64,000 nt of DNA from an uncultured Marinoscillum sp. (GCA_964527965.1 CAZGPH010000005.1:16395-80394), one strand, 5' to 3'. Positions 9,268-19,785 are shown, counted from the stretch's first letter. Notes: a model not told the origin generated them from the sequence alone. Numbers and translations: made by a program.

Positions 9268-10553
9268 GTCAATGAATTAATGATATCAAATGTTTTGTCT
9301 ATCTCTGATTTTTGGTTGTAAATATGTACCGAGTGCCTCATCAAATCCTTACCCACAGACCTTGGCTGGAGTCTTTCCCTATCCCATAATGTTTTCTGAA
9401 GTGCAGGACCAGTCAATCCTTTTACCTTATAAGTAGTCAATCCAGCACATAATTCTTCATTATGAGAGGACACTATCTCTACATTAGGAAGCTCTTTTAA
9501 TCCATCTCTAAGATATTTTCCCAATTCCTTTACTCTTCCTAACCACCTCTCCTTACCAATCATATTAAAAAAGTCTATTGAAGCTTCAAGACCTACTCTA
9601 AGTGACGGATTACCTGTTCCTGACTGCTGTAAGCTAAATCCTTTATCCTCTTTATTATCCCAGTTGTAACTGGAGAGAGTTGGCCATATGTCTTCTGATA
9701 TTGATTTATCCAGGTATAATAAACCACTACCAGGAGGAGAAAGAAACCACTTGTGTAGACTTGAGTAGTATGCATCACAACTTAAATCTTTGAGGTCAAC
9801 ATCTATCTGACCAATAGACTGAGCTCCGTCTATTACCGTAAATATTCCTCTTTCTCGAGCAAATGTACATATCTCTTTTACTGGCATCACAGTTCCATAT
9901 ACTGAAATTATATGGGGTATTGCTATTACCTTTGTATTCTTCGTTACCTGACCCAGAATAGAATCAATTATCTCATCCTTATCATTTGCGGGGACAGGCA
10001 TAACTGCCTGCTTGTAAACAATCCCTTTCCTTTTTGCTAGTTGTTTCCATGCAGCATATCCACCACCATGTTCTTGGTCTGTGTTTATGACTTCATCTCC
10101 CTTCTTTAAATTTAGACCGTGAGCAACAAAATTCATTCCAAAAGTAGCATTCTGGATAAGAGATAACTCCTTAAAGTCACAGTTAAGGACTTTACCTAGT
10201 TTAGTTCTAATCTTTTCGTATGGATCATATCCGGCTAGTAAGTTTGGGCCTTCTCCCTTATAATCTGTCTTTGCTCCATTTATTGAATTATTTCTCATAT
10301 CTGAAATAACAGAATTAAGTACATAATTAGACTGAACACCTAGCGTCCCATTATTAAAGTATGTATCATTCTTATCTGTTGGAAAAAGGTTTCTAACTTC
10401 AGACCAGTACGTTTGTTCATTCTTGTTATTTAGAAAATTAGAGATATCAGATAGAGAGGTAGAATCATTTGATTTACTTATAAAACCAAGTGCTGGTAAT
10501 GTAGATACACCTAGTGCAGTTTTTTTTATAAAATTTCTTCTAGAATTTTTCAT
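9264..10553 (-). CDS. class V aminotransferase-fold PLP enzyme (isopenicillin-N-epimerase / cysteine-desulfurase-like) with twin-arginine signal
   Basis: The N-terminus MKNSRRNFIKKTALGVSTLPALG matches the Tat motif S-R-R-x-F-[IL]-K. The PLP-lysine context is SSLHKWFLSPPGSG. The stop overlaps the hydroxylase start. Confidence 0.75.
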   Translation of the reverse strand: MKNSRRNFIKKTALGVSTLPALGFISKSNDSTSLSDISNFLNNKNEQTYWSEVRNLFPTDKNDTYFNNGTLGVQSNYVLNSVISDMRNNSINGAKTDYKGEGPNLLAGYDPYEKIRTKLGKVLNCDFKELSLIQNATFGMNFVAHGLNLKKGDEVINTDQEHGGGYAAWKQLAKRKGIVYKQAVMPVPANDKDEIIDSILGQVTKNTKVIAIPHIISVYGTVMPVKEICTFARERGIFTVIDGAQSIGQIDVDLKDLSCDAYYSSLHKWFLSPPGSGLLYLDKSISEDIWPTLSSYNWDNKEDKGFSLQQSGTGNPSLRVGLEASIDFFNMIGKERWLGRVKELGKYLRDGLKELPNVEIVSSHNEELCAGLTTYKVKGLTGPALQKTLWDRERLQPRSVGKDLMRHSVHIYNQKSEIDKTFDIINSLT

Positions 10554-10590
10554 TATTTTAAATATAGTTATTTTTCAGATGAATCATCAT

Positions 10591-13500
10591 TTAATTCTCA
10601 TACCTTCCTGGTGTATAAGGAGCACCTAGTGACTTCATCTTATCCTCAATACTTTTAACATTTTCAACTAGCATATCCACTCTTGATTTAAGAGGTAAAA
10701 ACTCCTCTTTTGCTATCTTAAGACTATTAACATGAGTTCCTGTTGGCGATGCAGTAGAATACTTCTGCTCATTAGCAATAATGCCTACCCTGGAAGATGG
10801 TGTAGGAATCTGCTGCATATCAAGCCTTCTCTTCACATTATCACCATAAAATAAGATATTAATATCTCTCAGATCATCTTTCACCTGCTTCATCTGAGAC
10901 GAGAGCTCTTCAATTGGCCTCTCAAGTCTTAAAACAGCAACTTCAAAGTACTTGATCTTATCACTAATCTCAGATAATATCCTAGAGTAAGAGCTAATCT
11001 CCCCTTGCAATGTTGCTACATCCCTCTGGAATTTGATTTTGGCCTCTCTGTCTTCAGCAGGAAGGACTGTATTATCAAGAAGTGTCACAGTAAACTCTTT
11101 AGCATCTACAAGTGGTGTTGACTCCCCGTCAACAAAGTAATCCATCTGAACTGTGTACGTACCTGGTTCGACCAGAGTACCTTCACTCACACCCGCAAAA
11201 GGGTTATAGAATGATGATGATGACAGGTTTATGGGATTAGTTACCTCGTACCTTAAGTCCCAATGGAACCTATTAAAACCTTTAGAAGGTGACTTAAATA
11301 CCTTTTTAACTACTAGGCCATCAGAGTTTTTAACTGTAAATAATAGCTTGGCTTCATCCTCATCCATCTCTGCCTTGAGAGCATCATAATCAGGATAGAA
11401 TACATCTTTTTTGTCTTTAATTAAACCTTTTTCTTTTTCCTGCCTCTGGTCTCTTATCGACTTATAGTTTTTATCATAATAATAACTAATCATAGCCACT
11501 GGGTCTAGGTTATCTGCTGTGTAGAAATTATCTCCCTGAAAAGCTTTTCCTGGCAATCCCAAAGGTGATGCCTTCTCCCACATTATCGCATCCCTAGTAG
11601 GTAAAATCATCGCATTTTGTGATATAGTCTTATTTTCTATGTTTCTAAGTAAAGAGTAGTCATCTAAGACGTAAAAACCTCTACCAAATGTCCCAAGAAC
11701 AAGATCACTCATCTCTCTTTGTATCGCAATATCTCTGACAGCTATTGTTGGAAGCCCACTCGATAACTCTTTCCATGTCCCCCCATTATCAGGAGAGAAA
11801 AATGCTCCAAACTCTGTCCCACAAAATATAAGTCCAGGATCTAGATGATCTTCCTCGATAGCGTACACACTACCTCTAGACGGGAGGTTACTACTGATCG
11901 ATGACCAGGTATTTCCCTTATCTTTTGTCATGAAGACATACGGCCTGAAGTCACCATACTTATGATGGTTAAATACAACATAAATTACATTTTCATTGTG
12001 TTGAGACGTATATACCGCATTCACATATGACTGAGATGGTGCACCAGGAATATTATCAATTTTCCTCCATGATTCACCTCCATTAGTTGTTATCTGCACA
12101 AGACCATCGTCTGTACCTATAACGATAAGGTCCTCGTCAAGTGTAGACTCAGAAAGGGCTACTATTGTACCATAAGGAGATGTCGAGCCATTCTTAGCCA
12201 CAGCGTCCATACTCAGGACTCTGTCATATACTTTTAGTTTATTTCTGTCAATATTACGTGATAAGTCATCGCTAATCACATCCCAATTATTTCCGTAATC
12301 ATCTGATCTGAATACCTTATTAGCAGCGAAATATAATCTTCCTGACTTATGACTACTCACTGCGAGTGGTGCGTCCCAATTCCACTTGTAACCTAACTCT
12401 CCTTTTCTTGAGATCGGTTTAATTCCTACCTCTTCCCCACTTCTTTTATCATACCTTACCAGCCAACCATACTGAGACTGGGCATATACTATATCTGGAT
12501 TTTCAGGGTCAACCTGTGACTCAAAACCATCACCTCCGTGTGTTATAAACCAATCCTGATTAGTGATCCCATGAGAATTATTAACTCTTGAAGGACCACC
12601 AATACTGAAGTTATCTTGAGTTCCACCATAAATATTATAAAATGGGATATCATTATCAACTGCCACTTTATAAAATTGAGTCACGGGAAGGTTTTTCTTA
12701 AAATCCCAGTTTTTAGCACCGTCAAAAGTCTCATAAATACCACCATCACACCCTACTAGCCAGTGCTGATTATTATTAGGGTTTATCCACATAGCGTGAT
12801 TATCTACATGTTTAAAGTCTTCCCCTACATTTTTAAAGGTCTTACCCCCATCTTTTGTTACTGACATCCACGTGTCCATGAGATACACAGTACCTAGTTC
12901 AACCGGATCTGCAAATATCTCCTGGTAATAGTTACCACTTGTCACTTTACCACTTTGCTTTGTCCAAGACTCTCCCATATCTACAGACTTATAGAAACCA
13001 CCCTTCCTATCAGCAGCCTCAACAATAGCGTACAAGACGTTATTATCAACAGGAGAGATGTCCATGCCAATTCTCCCTATTTCTACTGATGGAAGTCCTT
13101 TGTTAATTTTTTTCCATGAGTTTCCAGCATCTGTTGACTTATAAATACCAGATCCTGGTCCACCACCAACATAAGTATACACGTGTCTTCTCCTCTGATG
13201 AGCAGTTGCGTATAACACTCTAGAATCTTTTGGGTCCATATGGATCTCATTAAAACCAGTATGCTCATCGATATTTAGTATCCTATTCCAGTTATTTCCA
13301 CCGTCAACTGTCTTGTACACACCTCTTTCGCCACCGCTACTCCAAAGGGGGCCATAAGCAGAGACATAGACAATATCAGAATTATTTGGATCAACAATTA
13401 TGTTACCTATATGTTCAGAGGTCTTCAGACCTACATTTTTCCAAGATTTTCCAGCATCCGTCGACTTATACACACCGTCTCCATAAGCAACTGATCTCTG

Positions 13501-13857
13501 GTTATTATTCTCTCCAGTACCAACCCATACCGTATTTGAATTATTTGGGTCAATAGTAACTGAAGCGATAGAGTAAGAATTTTCATTGTCAAATACAGGG
13601 ATATACTCAAGTCCCCAATTAGAAGTTTTCCACACACCACCAGAAGCAACTGCGACATAATATTCAAATGGATTATTCTTATTAACTGCTATATCAGAAA
13701 CTCTTCCAGAAGTTAATGCGGGACCAACAGATCTCCACTTTAATGCATTAATCGAAACCTTTTCAAGATGGTTCTCAATCATTTTATTTTTTTTCTGGGA
13801 TAATAATTCCTCTTGACTTGAAATAATTAAAAAGAATAGTATGTAAAAAAATCTCAT
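10591..13857 (-). CDS. secreted BNR/Asp-box repeat double beta-propeller protein, paralog of 3565-6531
   Basis: Has a signal peptide (MRFFYILFFLIISSQ). Asp-box motifs include STDAGKSW (twice, counting STDAGNSW), TVDGGNNW, SVDMGESW, TKDGGKTF, TFDGAKNW, SDDYGNNW, TTNGGESW, TKDKGNTW and SPDNGGTW. The N-terminal stretch WRSVGPA..SGRV....GGVWKT is shared with the 988-aa paralog. Confidence 0.75.
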   Translation of the reverse strand: MRFFYILFFLIISSQEELLSQKKNKMIENHLEKVSINALKWRSVGPALTSGRVSDIAVNKNNPFEYYVAVASGGVWKTSNWGLEYIPVFDNENSYSIASVTIDPNNSNTVWVGTGENNNQRSVAYGDGVYKSTDAGKSWKNVGLKTSEHIGNIIVDPNNSDIVYVSAYGPLWSSGGERGVYKTVDGGNNWNRILNIDEHTGFNEIHMDPKDSRVLYATAHQRRRHVYTYVGGGPGSGIYKSTDAGNSWKKINKGLPSVEIGRIGMDISPVDNNVLYAIVEAADRKGGFYKSVDMGESWTKQSGKVTSGNYYQEIFADPVELGTVYLMDTWMSVTKDGGKTFKNVGEDFKHVDNHAMWINPNNNQHWLVGCDGGIYETFDGAKNWDFKKNLPVTQFYKVAVDNDIPFYNIYGGTQDNFSIGGPSRVNNSHGITNQDWFITHGGDGFESQVDPENPDIVYAQSQYGWLVRYDKRSGEEVGIKPISRKGELGYKWNWDAPLAVSSHKSGRLYFAANKVFRSDDYGNNWDVISDDLSRNIDRNKLKVYDRVLSMDAVAKNGSTSPYGTIVALSESTLDEDLIVIGTDDGLVQITTNGGESWRKIDNIPGAPSQSYVNAVYTSQHNENVIYVVFNHHKYGDFRPYVFMTKDKGNTWSSISSNLPSRGSVYAIEEDHLDPGLIFCGTEFGAFFSPDNGGTWKELSSGLPTIAVRDIAIQREMSDLVLGTFGRGFYVLDDYSLLRNIENKTISQNAMILPTRDAIMWEKASPLGLPGKAFQGDNFYTADNLDPVAMISYYYDKNYKSIRDQRQEKEKGLIKDKKDVFYPDYDALKAEMDEDEAKLLFTVKNSDGLVVKKVFKSPSKGFNRFHWDLRYEVTNPINLSSSSFYNPFAGVSEGTLVEPGTYTVQMDYFVDGESTPLVDAKEFTVTLLDNTVLPAEDREAKIKFQRDVATLQGEISSYSRILSEISDKIKYFEVAVLRLERPIEELSSQMKQVKDDLRDINILFYGDNVKRRLDMQQIPTPSSRVGIIANEQKYSTASPTGTHVNSLKIAKEEFLPLKSRVDMLVENVKSIEDKMKSLGAPYTPGRYEN

Positions 13858-13892
13858 CTTTGGTGTGTTTAGGTTAATTAGTTTTTAAATTT

Positions 13893-16301
13893 TTAGTTTA
13901 TTTTCAGCTTCACATTATCAGGCTTCACATTATTATTTTTAACATATTTCTCTAACCAAGAGTCCATCTCATAAAGCATATGCAAAATAGATTCTTTTGC
14001 TCTGTAACCGTGACTTTCTTTTGGTAACATCACTAACTTTGATGTTCCACCGTGACCCTTTATTGCATTAAAAAATCTTATACTCTGAACAGGGAAAGTA
14101 CCAGAGTTGTTATCCTCTTCACCATGAATCAAAAGTATTGGCTCATTAACTTTATCTGCGTGCATAAAAGGAGACATATAATTATATAATTCAGGAGCTT
14201 CCCAGTAAGTCCTCTCCTCTCTCTGGAACCCAAAAGGAGTAAAAGTTCTATTGTAGGCACCACTCCTAGCAATTCCAGCAGCAAATAAATCTGAGTGAGC
14301 AAGCAAGTTAGCAGTCATAAAGGCACCATATGAATGACCCCCAACTCCAACTCTGTCTCTATCTCCAATGCCCATATCTGAAATTTTATCAATAGCGGCC
14401 TTCGCATTCATAACTAACTGATCTCTAAAAGAATCATTTGGCTGATCACCATCAAATCCAACTATAGGCATCTCAGTACTCGCCATAACAGCATAACCCC
14501 TTAAGGCCCAGAAGATAGGTGACCCATAACTAATTCTAGTAAACCTATAAGGTGAATTTCTTACCTGACTTGCAACTTTCTTAGAGGTATATTCTCTTGG
14601 GTATGCCCATATCAAAACAGGAAGTCTTCCCTCCTCATCTGGGTTATATGATTCTAATGTATACACAATAGAGCTAAGGTCAATACCGTCATCTCTCTTA
14701 TAATTAATTACTTCTTTCTTTAGTTGTTCTAACTTTTTATAAGGATTCTCAAAAAAAGTGATTTGCTTTATATCTTTTGAACTTAAGTTTCTTATAAAAT
14801 AATTTGGATTATCTGTCTTAGATTCTCTAGAAGTTATTAAGTTATTTAAGTTATTTCCTGCTAGTTTTATTGGTCTCTCATAGTACGGAGCTTCAGATCT
14901 AAATAAAATATTAGTCTCAAGTGTTTTTAAATTTAATTGACTTAAAAAAGGTCTATACCCTTCAGGTGAACCACCCTGTCCTATCATATATACAGAGTTT
15001 TTCTTTATCTCTAAAACATTTCTGTTAAACTTATTAGATATTAATACCGGAGAACCTGGATCAGAGTAAATATCATCATACTGTCTATCAAATAAGGTTT
15101 TTACAATAGTTCTTGAGTCAGTATCTATTAATGAAGTAATCTCATTTCTATTTTTCCATAACCTCTCCCCAAGCAGTGCCTCATTTCCCGTACCCCATAT
15201 TATATTTCTAAACCTAAGTTTTGTCCTAACGAGTTCTTTCTTTTCTGAAGTAAACGGACTAGATAAAGTATACACAATATCTCTATTTTCAGTAATTACC
15301 TTTGGGTCTCCTCCATCATTTGCCTCAACCCAGTAAAGTTCACTACCAAGATCATTCCTCCATGAGACAGACCTTTTCCCAGGTCTTGTTGCATCAAAAC
15401 CCTTAGGCCTTACCTCATCAAGTGGTATATCAGCTATCAAACTGACTGTACCACTTACTAGGTTTTTTACATCAACAACATATGGAAACCTATAGTATGG
15501 CACTAAGTATGAAAATGGTTTTGTAATAGTTTTAGTCATTAAAAATTCATTATCTGGAGAAAGATCGAAATCTTTAATCATTCCATTTTGAATCATCTCA
15601 GAAGAGCCATTTAATGACATTTTATGAAGTTCTACAGAAGCATAATGCTCAAAGTGTATCTCATCATTTTTATTTTTAATAAGATCTTGATAAGTCCTTG
15701 ATGGTGCATTTTGGTCTGTAGTCTCTTGGATTATTGGACCAGATGGAACAGAGCTAATAATAGGCTTCTTTTTATTAGAACGTAAACTCACAAGAAGTTC
15801 ATCACTCGAATTATACCACTGAAATGGACTATTAAGAATATCATTTATATATCTATCTGATACCTTCTTAGATGTTTTTGATTTTATATCAAGCACCCAT
15901 AGCTCAACTCCATCATCGGTAGTATTAGTAAAAGCAATTTTTTCTTCATCAGGAGACCACTGAAAAAATGAAAACTTTCCATTTAAAGGGAAATCTACTG
16001 AGATATTCTCTCCGGAATTTATGTAGAGTAATGAAAATGACTTATAATATGTCATTCTAGATGATGTGTACCTTACAGGATCTAATCTGGTCCCAGCAAT
16101 TCTCAGCTCGTCTTTAGCAAGTTCATCGATAGACTGGTAACCGTCTCTATTTAAAACCAAACCTAAATCACCATCCTTAGTTAGGCTAATGGTTGGTTGA
16201 GGATCAGCTTCAATTAATGATCTTATTACATCAGGAGGTATTTTATAATCTTGAGATAGTAGTGGAAAATAAATTAAGAGTAGGAATAGTATTTTTTTCA
16301 T
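13893..16301 (-). CDS. S9 family serine peptidase (prolyl oligopeptidase / dipeptidyl-aminopeptidase-like)
   Basis: Has a signal peptide and an N-terminal propeller-like region. The C-terminal alpha/beta hydrolase carries the nucleophile elbow GGHSYGAFM, then LLIHGEEDNN (Asp) and ESHGY (His). Confidence 0.8.
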   Translation of the reverse strand: MKKILFLLLIYFPLLSQDYKIPPDVIRSLIEADPQPTISLTKDGDLGLVLNRDGYQSIDELAKDELRIAGTRLDPVRYTSSRMTYYKSFSLLYINSGENISVDFPLNGKFSFFQWSPDEEKIAFTNTTDDGVELWVLDIKSKTSKKVSDRYINDILNSPFQWYNSSDELLVSLRSNKKKPIISSVPSGPIIQETTDQNAPSRTYQDLIKNKNDEIHFEHYASVELHKMSLNGSSEMIQNGMIKDFDLSPDNEFLMTKTITKPFSYLVPYYRFPYVVDVKNLVSGTVSLIADIPLDEVRPKGFDATRPGKRSVSWRNDLGSELYWVEANDGGDPKVITENRDIVYTLSSPFTSEKKELVRTKLRFRNIIWGTGNEALLGERLWKNRNEITSLIDTDSRTIVKTLFDRQYDDIYSDPGSPVLISNKFNRNVLEIKKNSVYMIGQGGSPEGYRPFLSQLNLKTLETNILFRSEAPYYERPIKLAGNNLNNLITSRESKTDNPNYFIRNLSSKDIKQITFFENPYKKLEQLKKEVINYKRDDGIDLSSIVYTLESYNPDEEGRLPVLIWAYPREYTSKKVASQVRNSPYRFTRISYGSPIFWALRGYAVMASTEMPIVGFDGDQPNDSFRDQLVMNAKAAIDKISDMGIGDRDRVGVGGHSYGAFMTANLLAHSDLFAAGIARSGAYNRTFTPFGFQREERTYWEAPELYNYMSPFMHADKVNEPILLIHGEEDNNSGTFPVQSIRFFNAIKGHGGTSKLVMLPKESHGYRAKESILHMLYEMDSWLEKYVKNNNVKPDNVKLKIN

Positions 16302-16324
16302 ATGTTAAAATAATAAATATTTAA

Positions 16325-16894
16325 CTAAAACCTATACCCAATCATTATACCTCCTCTGTATGGTATCCACTGTGCACTAAAATTAACATTAGAATTAATA
16401 TCATATCTAGTTCCTGTATTCTTCTCAAAACCTTCGTAAGTGGCCTTAGACCAACCTCCTCCTATAAACGCATCAACTAACCACCTGTCCTTAAACTGCC
16501 ACTGGTACCCTGCAGATATACCTGCAAAAAGGATATATCCGTACTGGTACTTGTTCTGGGAAGCATAAGATGAGTTCTTTGAAAGTTTGAACATACCGTA
16601 GCCAAAATGAGTACCAAAGTATAAGCCATCGTTCACATTATTAATATAATACCTAACCTCAGGAATTATCTGATTAAAAACATAAGGTCTAGATGAAAAT
16701 TTATCAATTGTCACAGAATTCCAAAATGACATCGTAGCATCAAGTTGAAAGGTAAATTTCTTAGATATAGGGACTTCTATACCAATTCCTGGGACACCAA
16801 CTAATGATGTAGCGCCATTAAGTTTTATATAAGTTTGAGAGTAAACATTATAGCTAAAAAAAAAGAGAAATAATAATAACCTTGTCTTCATCAA
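16325..16894 (-). CDS. small outer-membrane beta-barrel protein (DUF3575-like)
   Basis: Has a signal peptide MMKTRLLLFLFFFSYNVYSQ and alternating aromatic/hydrophobic beta-strand periodicity. It ends in an aromatic residue (..IGYRF). The family assignment is from memory only. Confidence 0.5.
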   Translation of the reverse strand: MMKTRLLLFLFFFSYNVYSQTYIKLNGATSLVGVPGIGIEVPISKKFTFQLDATMSFWNSVTIDKFSSRPYVFNQIIPEVRYYINNVNDGLYFGTHFGYGMFKLSKNSSYASQNKYQYGYILFAGISAGYQWQFKDRWLVDAFIGGGWSKATYEGFEKNTGTRYDINSNVNFSAQWIPYRGGIMIGYRF

Positions 16895-18783
16895 TTAAAG
16901 AAATACCACTTTACTCCTAAATCTAATACTTTTTTCTGAGCAGGATAGTAAGGTGTGACAAAATATCCATCAAATTTATCAAATTGACTAAAATGAGTCA
17001 TCTTAAGGAAAACTCTAAAATTCTGCACTTGCATAGCATAGAATAAGTTTAGCCTTAAATTTCTCTCTAAAAGAAAATTATTTTGAATATAAAATGTTTG
17101 CAATGAAGGTTCGTAAGCATTTCCATAGTACTCTGACATTAGATACGCATTAACTCCAAACTGTACTGGAATAGAGTTATCAAACCATTGACCACTATAA
17201 TATAACCTTGAATACAGATGATGTTTTGGAATACTTAATATATCTCCAGAAGATTTTGATACTGTATTGTATGAGTATCTACTCTCAAGATTTATTATTT
17301 TATTAAATAAATTAAAATTAAAATTAACTCCAAATTGATTATTAAATAAAACCTCATTATGTTGAGTTGGTAGTCTCTCGTTTGAAAAATAAATATAATC
17401 CTTAACTGATGTCAGTCTGATGAATGGAGAGAATAAAATGTATTTTGAACTGACCTTCAGATCAGCCTCTAATGAATTAATAAATGATGAATTAAATTCA
17501 TTATTCCAGACAAAATGGTTTCCAGAGTACGAAGTCTGAAATATTGTTGGGACATGTAATCCGCTATAGTAACTTACATCTAAAATTTTTGATTCTATTT
17601 TTCCAAGGAAACTATAGTCACCAGTCGTCTTCAACTTAAAGTCTGCAAGAATATCAAATTGACTTTTAGAAAGATTAAGTATTCCCCCAAGATAAAATTC
17701 ATTAAATTTATTTGACTCTAAATCATCTGTATATCTGTAGTTAAAAGTTTTATAATTAGCATAAAAATTATAATTAACATCACCTAATAGCCCTCTGATT
17801 CCAACCCTATTATCTATTGACTTTATCTTAATTGAGTCTGAGGTAAAAGTATTGTTAAGAAAAAAATTATTATAAAATGCAGTATTTTCAACATAATTTT
17901 CATCTAAATAGTCTACTTGCTGAGTATTATATTTAAGATCATTATATATCTCAAGACCATCGACTAATTTATAATTTATAAAAGCATTTAACCTTTTTCT
18001 TCTCTCAAGGTTCTCAACACTATTTAATCTTGTACTAAAATCATTATAAATGAAAAACTCTAATGGAAGAGAGTCAGAAACTACATCAACACCACCATTA
18101 CCTAAAATTTGATGTCTAAAAGAGACAAAATCTGAGTATAACGTTAATTTTTTATCTTCAGATTTATGATATATAAATAACTTAAAAAGTGAGGATTTTA
18201 TGTTTTTATCACCTTTAGCTTTAGATGCTGCCACCTGTTTGTCAGCAGAGATTCTATGAATATCAAAACCAATATTCCAGTTTTTATTAATATTTCTAGA
18301 AAAAACAAAATCAACCATAGACCTTCCATTTCCACCAAAAAATAGAGACAAATCTATGTAAGGTGATTTTGTATCATAAAATTTTGGTTGAGATGATACT
18401 AGGTAATAATTATCTAGCGAATTTATTCCTGATGTAAGTGAAAAGGTTGAAGTATTATAATTAAATATATTATTTAGAGGAGTTCCAATATTACCTAAGC
18501 TCTGGTATGTAAAATGGTTTATTTCATCAAATGAAACTTTTTCAATATTTGTTAGTGAAGAGTCTAAAGTAATAAAAGTTGTGTCTCCAGATAAAAAGTT
18601 ATTCTTGGACATATATCTAGAAGTTGTCATACCATATACAGTCTTTGTTGAGTCATCCAAAATAGTTCTGGATTTCTCTCCTTTGTTTTCACTTCCTCTA
18701 TTATTTATATTTTGACTTCCCCTCTGCTGAGACATCACCTGTATGCTTGAAAAGATTAAAATGATGAAAAAGTATGCTCTCAT
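16891..18783 (-). CDS. large outer-membrane beta-barrel protein (Bacteroidota 'putative porin'-like)
   Basis: Has a signal peptide (MRAYFFIILIFSSIQVMSQ). The composition is rich in N, Y, F and S with a beta-strand pattern throughout. It overlaps the downstream barrel gene by 4 nt. Confidence 0.45.
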   Translation of the reverse strand: MRAYFFIILIFSSIQVMSQQRGSQNINNRGSENKGEKSRTILDDSTKTVYGMTTSRYMSKNNFLSGDTTFITLDSSLTNIEKVSFDEINHFTYQSLGNIGTPLNNIFNYNTSTFSLTSGINSLDNYYLVSSQPKFYDTKSPYIDLSLFFGGNGRSMVDFVFSRNINKNWNIGFDIHRISADKQVAASKAKGDKNIKSSLFKLFIYHKSEDKKLTLYSDFVSFRHQILGNGGVDVVSDSLPLEFFIYNDFSTRLNSVENLERRKRLNAFINYKLVDGLEIYNDLKYNTQQVDYLDENYVENTAFYNNFFLNNTFTSDSIKIKSIDNRVGIRGLLGDVNYNFYANYKTFNYRYTDDLESNKFNEFYLGGILNLSKSQFDILADFKLKTTGDYSFLGKIESKILDVSYYSGLHVPTIFQTSYSGNHFVWNNEFNSSFINSLEADLKVSSKYILFSPFIRLTSVKDYIYFSNERLPTQHNEVLFNNQFGVNFNFNLFNKIINLESRYSYNTVSKSSGDILSIPKHHLYSRLYYSGQWFDNSIPVQFGVNAYLMSEYYGNAYEPSLQTFYIQNNFLLERNLRLNLFYAMQVQNFRVFLKMTHFSQFDKFDGYFVTPYYPAQKKVLDLGVKWYFFN

Positions 18784-18786
18784 ACC

Positions 18787-19785
18787 TTAGATATATTCAG
18801 ATAATTTATTTTTAAATAGAAATTTAATTTGAATTGGGATATAATATACGCTATAAGGGTCTAATAAATTTGAAAATTCACATATTTTAACAGCATCTTT
18901 CTCAGTCATTACCAAAGAAATATCATCATCAAGAATATCAATTATTGAGAGGATTTCATTCTCTTTATACACATGGTGGTCATCAAATTTTATTTTTTTA
19001 ATGACTTCATATTTTGAGTTAATAAAATCAAAAAATTTATTAGGATAAGCTATTGATGATATAACAACTACCTTATTAAATAATTTTGAGCCAAATAAGC
19101 TAACTGGATTCAAGTATTCTGTTTTCGAAAATAATATTGGAGCTTTCTTATCAGAATATTTTTGAGATTTAGTTATAAAGTCTCTTCTTTCTTCAATGCC
19201 CATATCATTAGGACAATTTGAAAAGATAATAATATCTGCTCTTTTTGCATTATATCTAGACTCTCTAAGCATTCCCAAAGGAAAGACATTATCGTTAAAG
19301 AAAGGTCTATTGTAAGATGATATAAGAATATCTACATCTTTTTTAAAAGAATGATTCTGGAAAGCATCATCCATTATAACATAATTAATTCCATTTTTAT
19401 CACAATACTCTAGTGCAGAATTCCTATTCTCTGACACCATTACCTTAGAATAATTACTGAATTTATTTAAGTACTGAGTAGGCTCATCTCCAATAGTTCT
19501 AGAATTATCTTTTTCTGTTGCAACAATAAATCCCCTTGTTTTCCTCTTATACCCTCTACTAACGATAGAAAAAAATATTTTTTTTTTAATATAATACCTA
19601 GAAATATATTCTACAGTTGGAGTCTTACCAGCCCCTCCTATAATTAAATTTCCAACGGAAATTATTTTAGATTTATATAATTTAGGTTTAAGTATTCCTG
19701 AATCATATAAAAAATTTCTTAGACTTGAAAAAAATCGAAATATCTGAGAAATTGGAAAAAATAAAATATTTTTGAAAAAATTCAT
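18787..19785 (-). CDS. lpxK: tetraacyldisaccharide 4'-kinase
   Basis: Contains the P-loop VGNLIIGGAGKTPTVEYI. Size and overall pattern fit LpxK. Confidence 0.8.
   Translation of the reverse strand: MNFFKNILFFPISQIFRFFSSLRNFLYDSGILKPKLYKSKIISVGNLIIGGAGKTPTVEYISRYYIKKKIFFSIVSRGYKRKTRGFIVATEKDNSRTIGDEPTQYLNKFSNYSKVMVSENRNSALEYCDKNGINYVIMDDAFQNHSFKKDVDILISSYNRPFFNDNVFPLGMLRESRYNAKRADIIIFSNCPNDMGIEERRDFITKSQKYSDKKAPILFSKTEYLNPVSLFGSKLFNKVVVISSIAYPNKFFDFINSKYEVIKKIKFDDHHVYKENEILSIIDILDDDISLVMTEKDAVKICEFSNLLDPYSVYYIPIQIKFLFKNKLSEYI

Noticed and set aside
13781-13800. Homopolymer runs as possible slipped-strand phase-variation switches. Examples are A8/T8 near the 5' end of the 1,088-aa BNR gene, A8 at ~3761-3775, T9 at ~16856-16866, and the A6-TAT-T10 run at ~19570-19590 in lpxK.
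   Set aside because: Runs of 8-10 A/T are expected by chance at under 30% GC. They occur in housekeeping genes such as lpxK as well. There is no evidence of frameshifted variants within the window.
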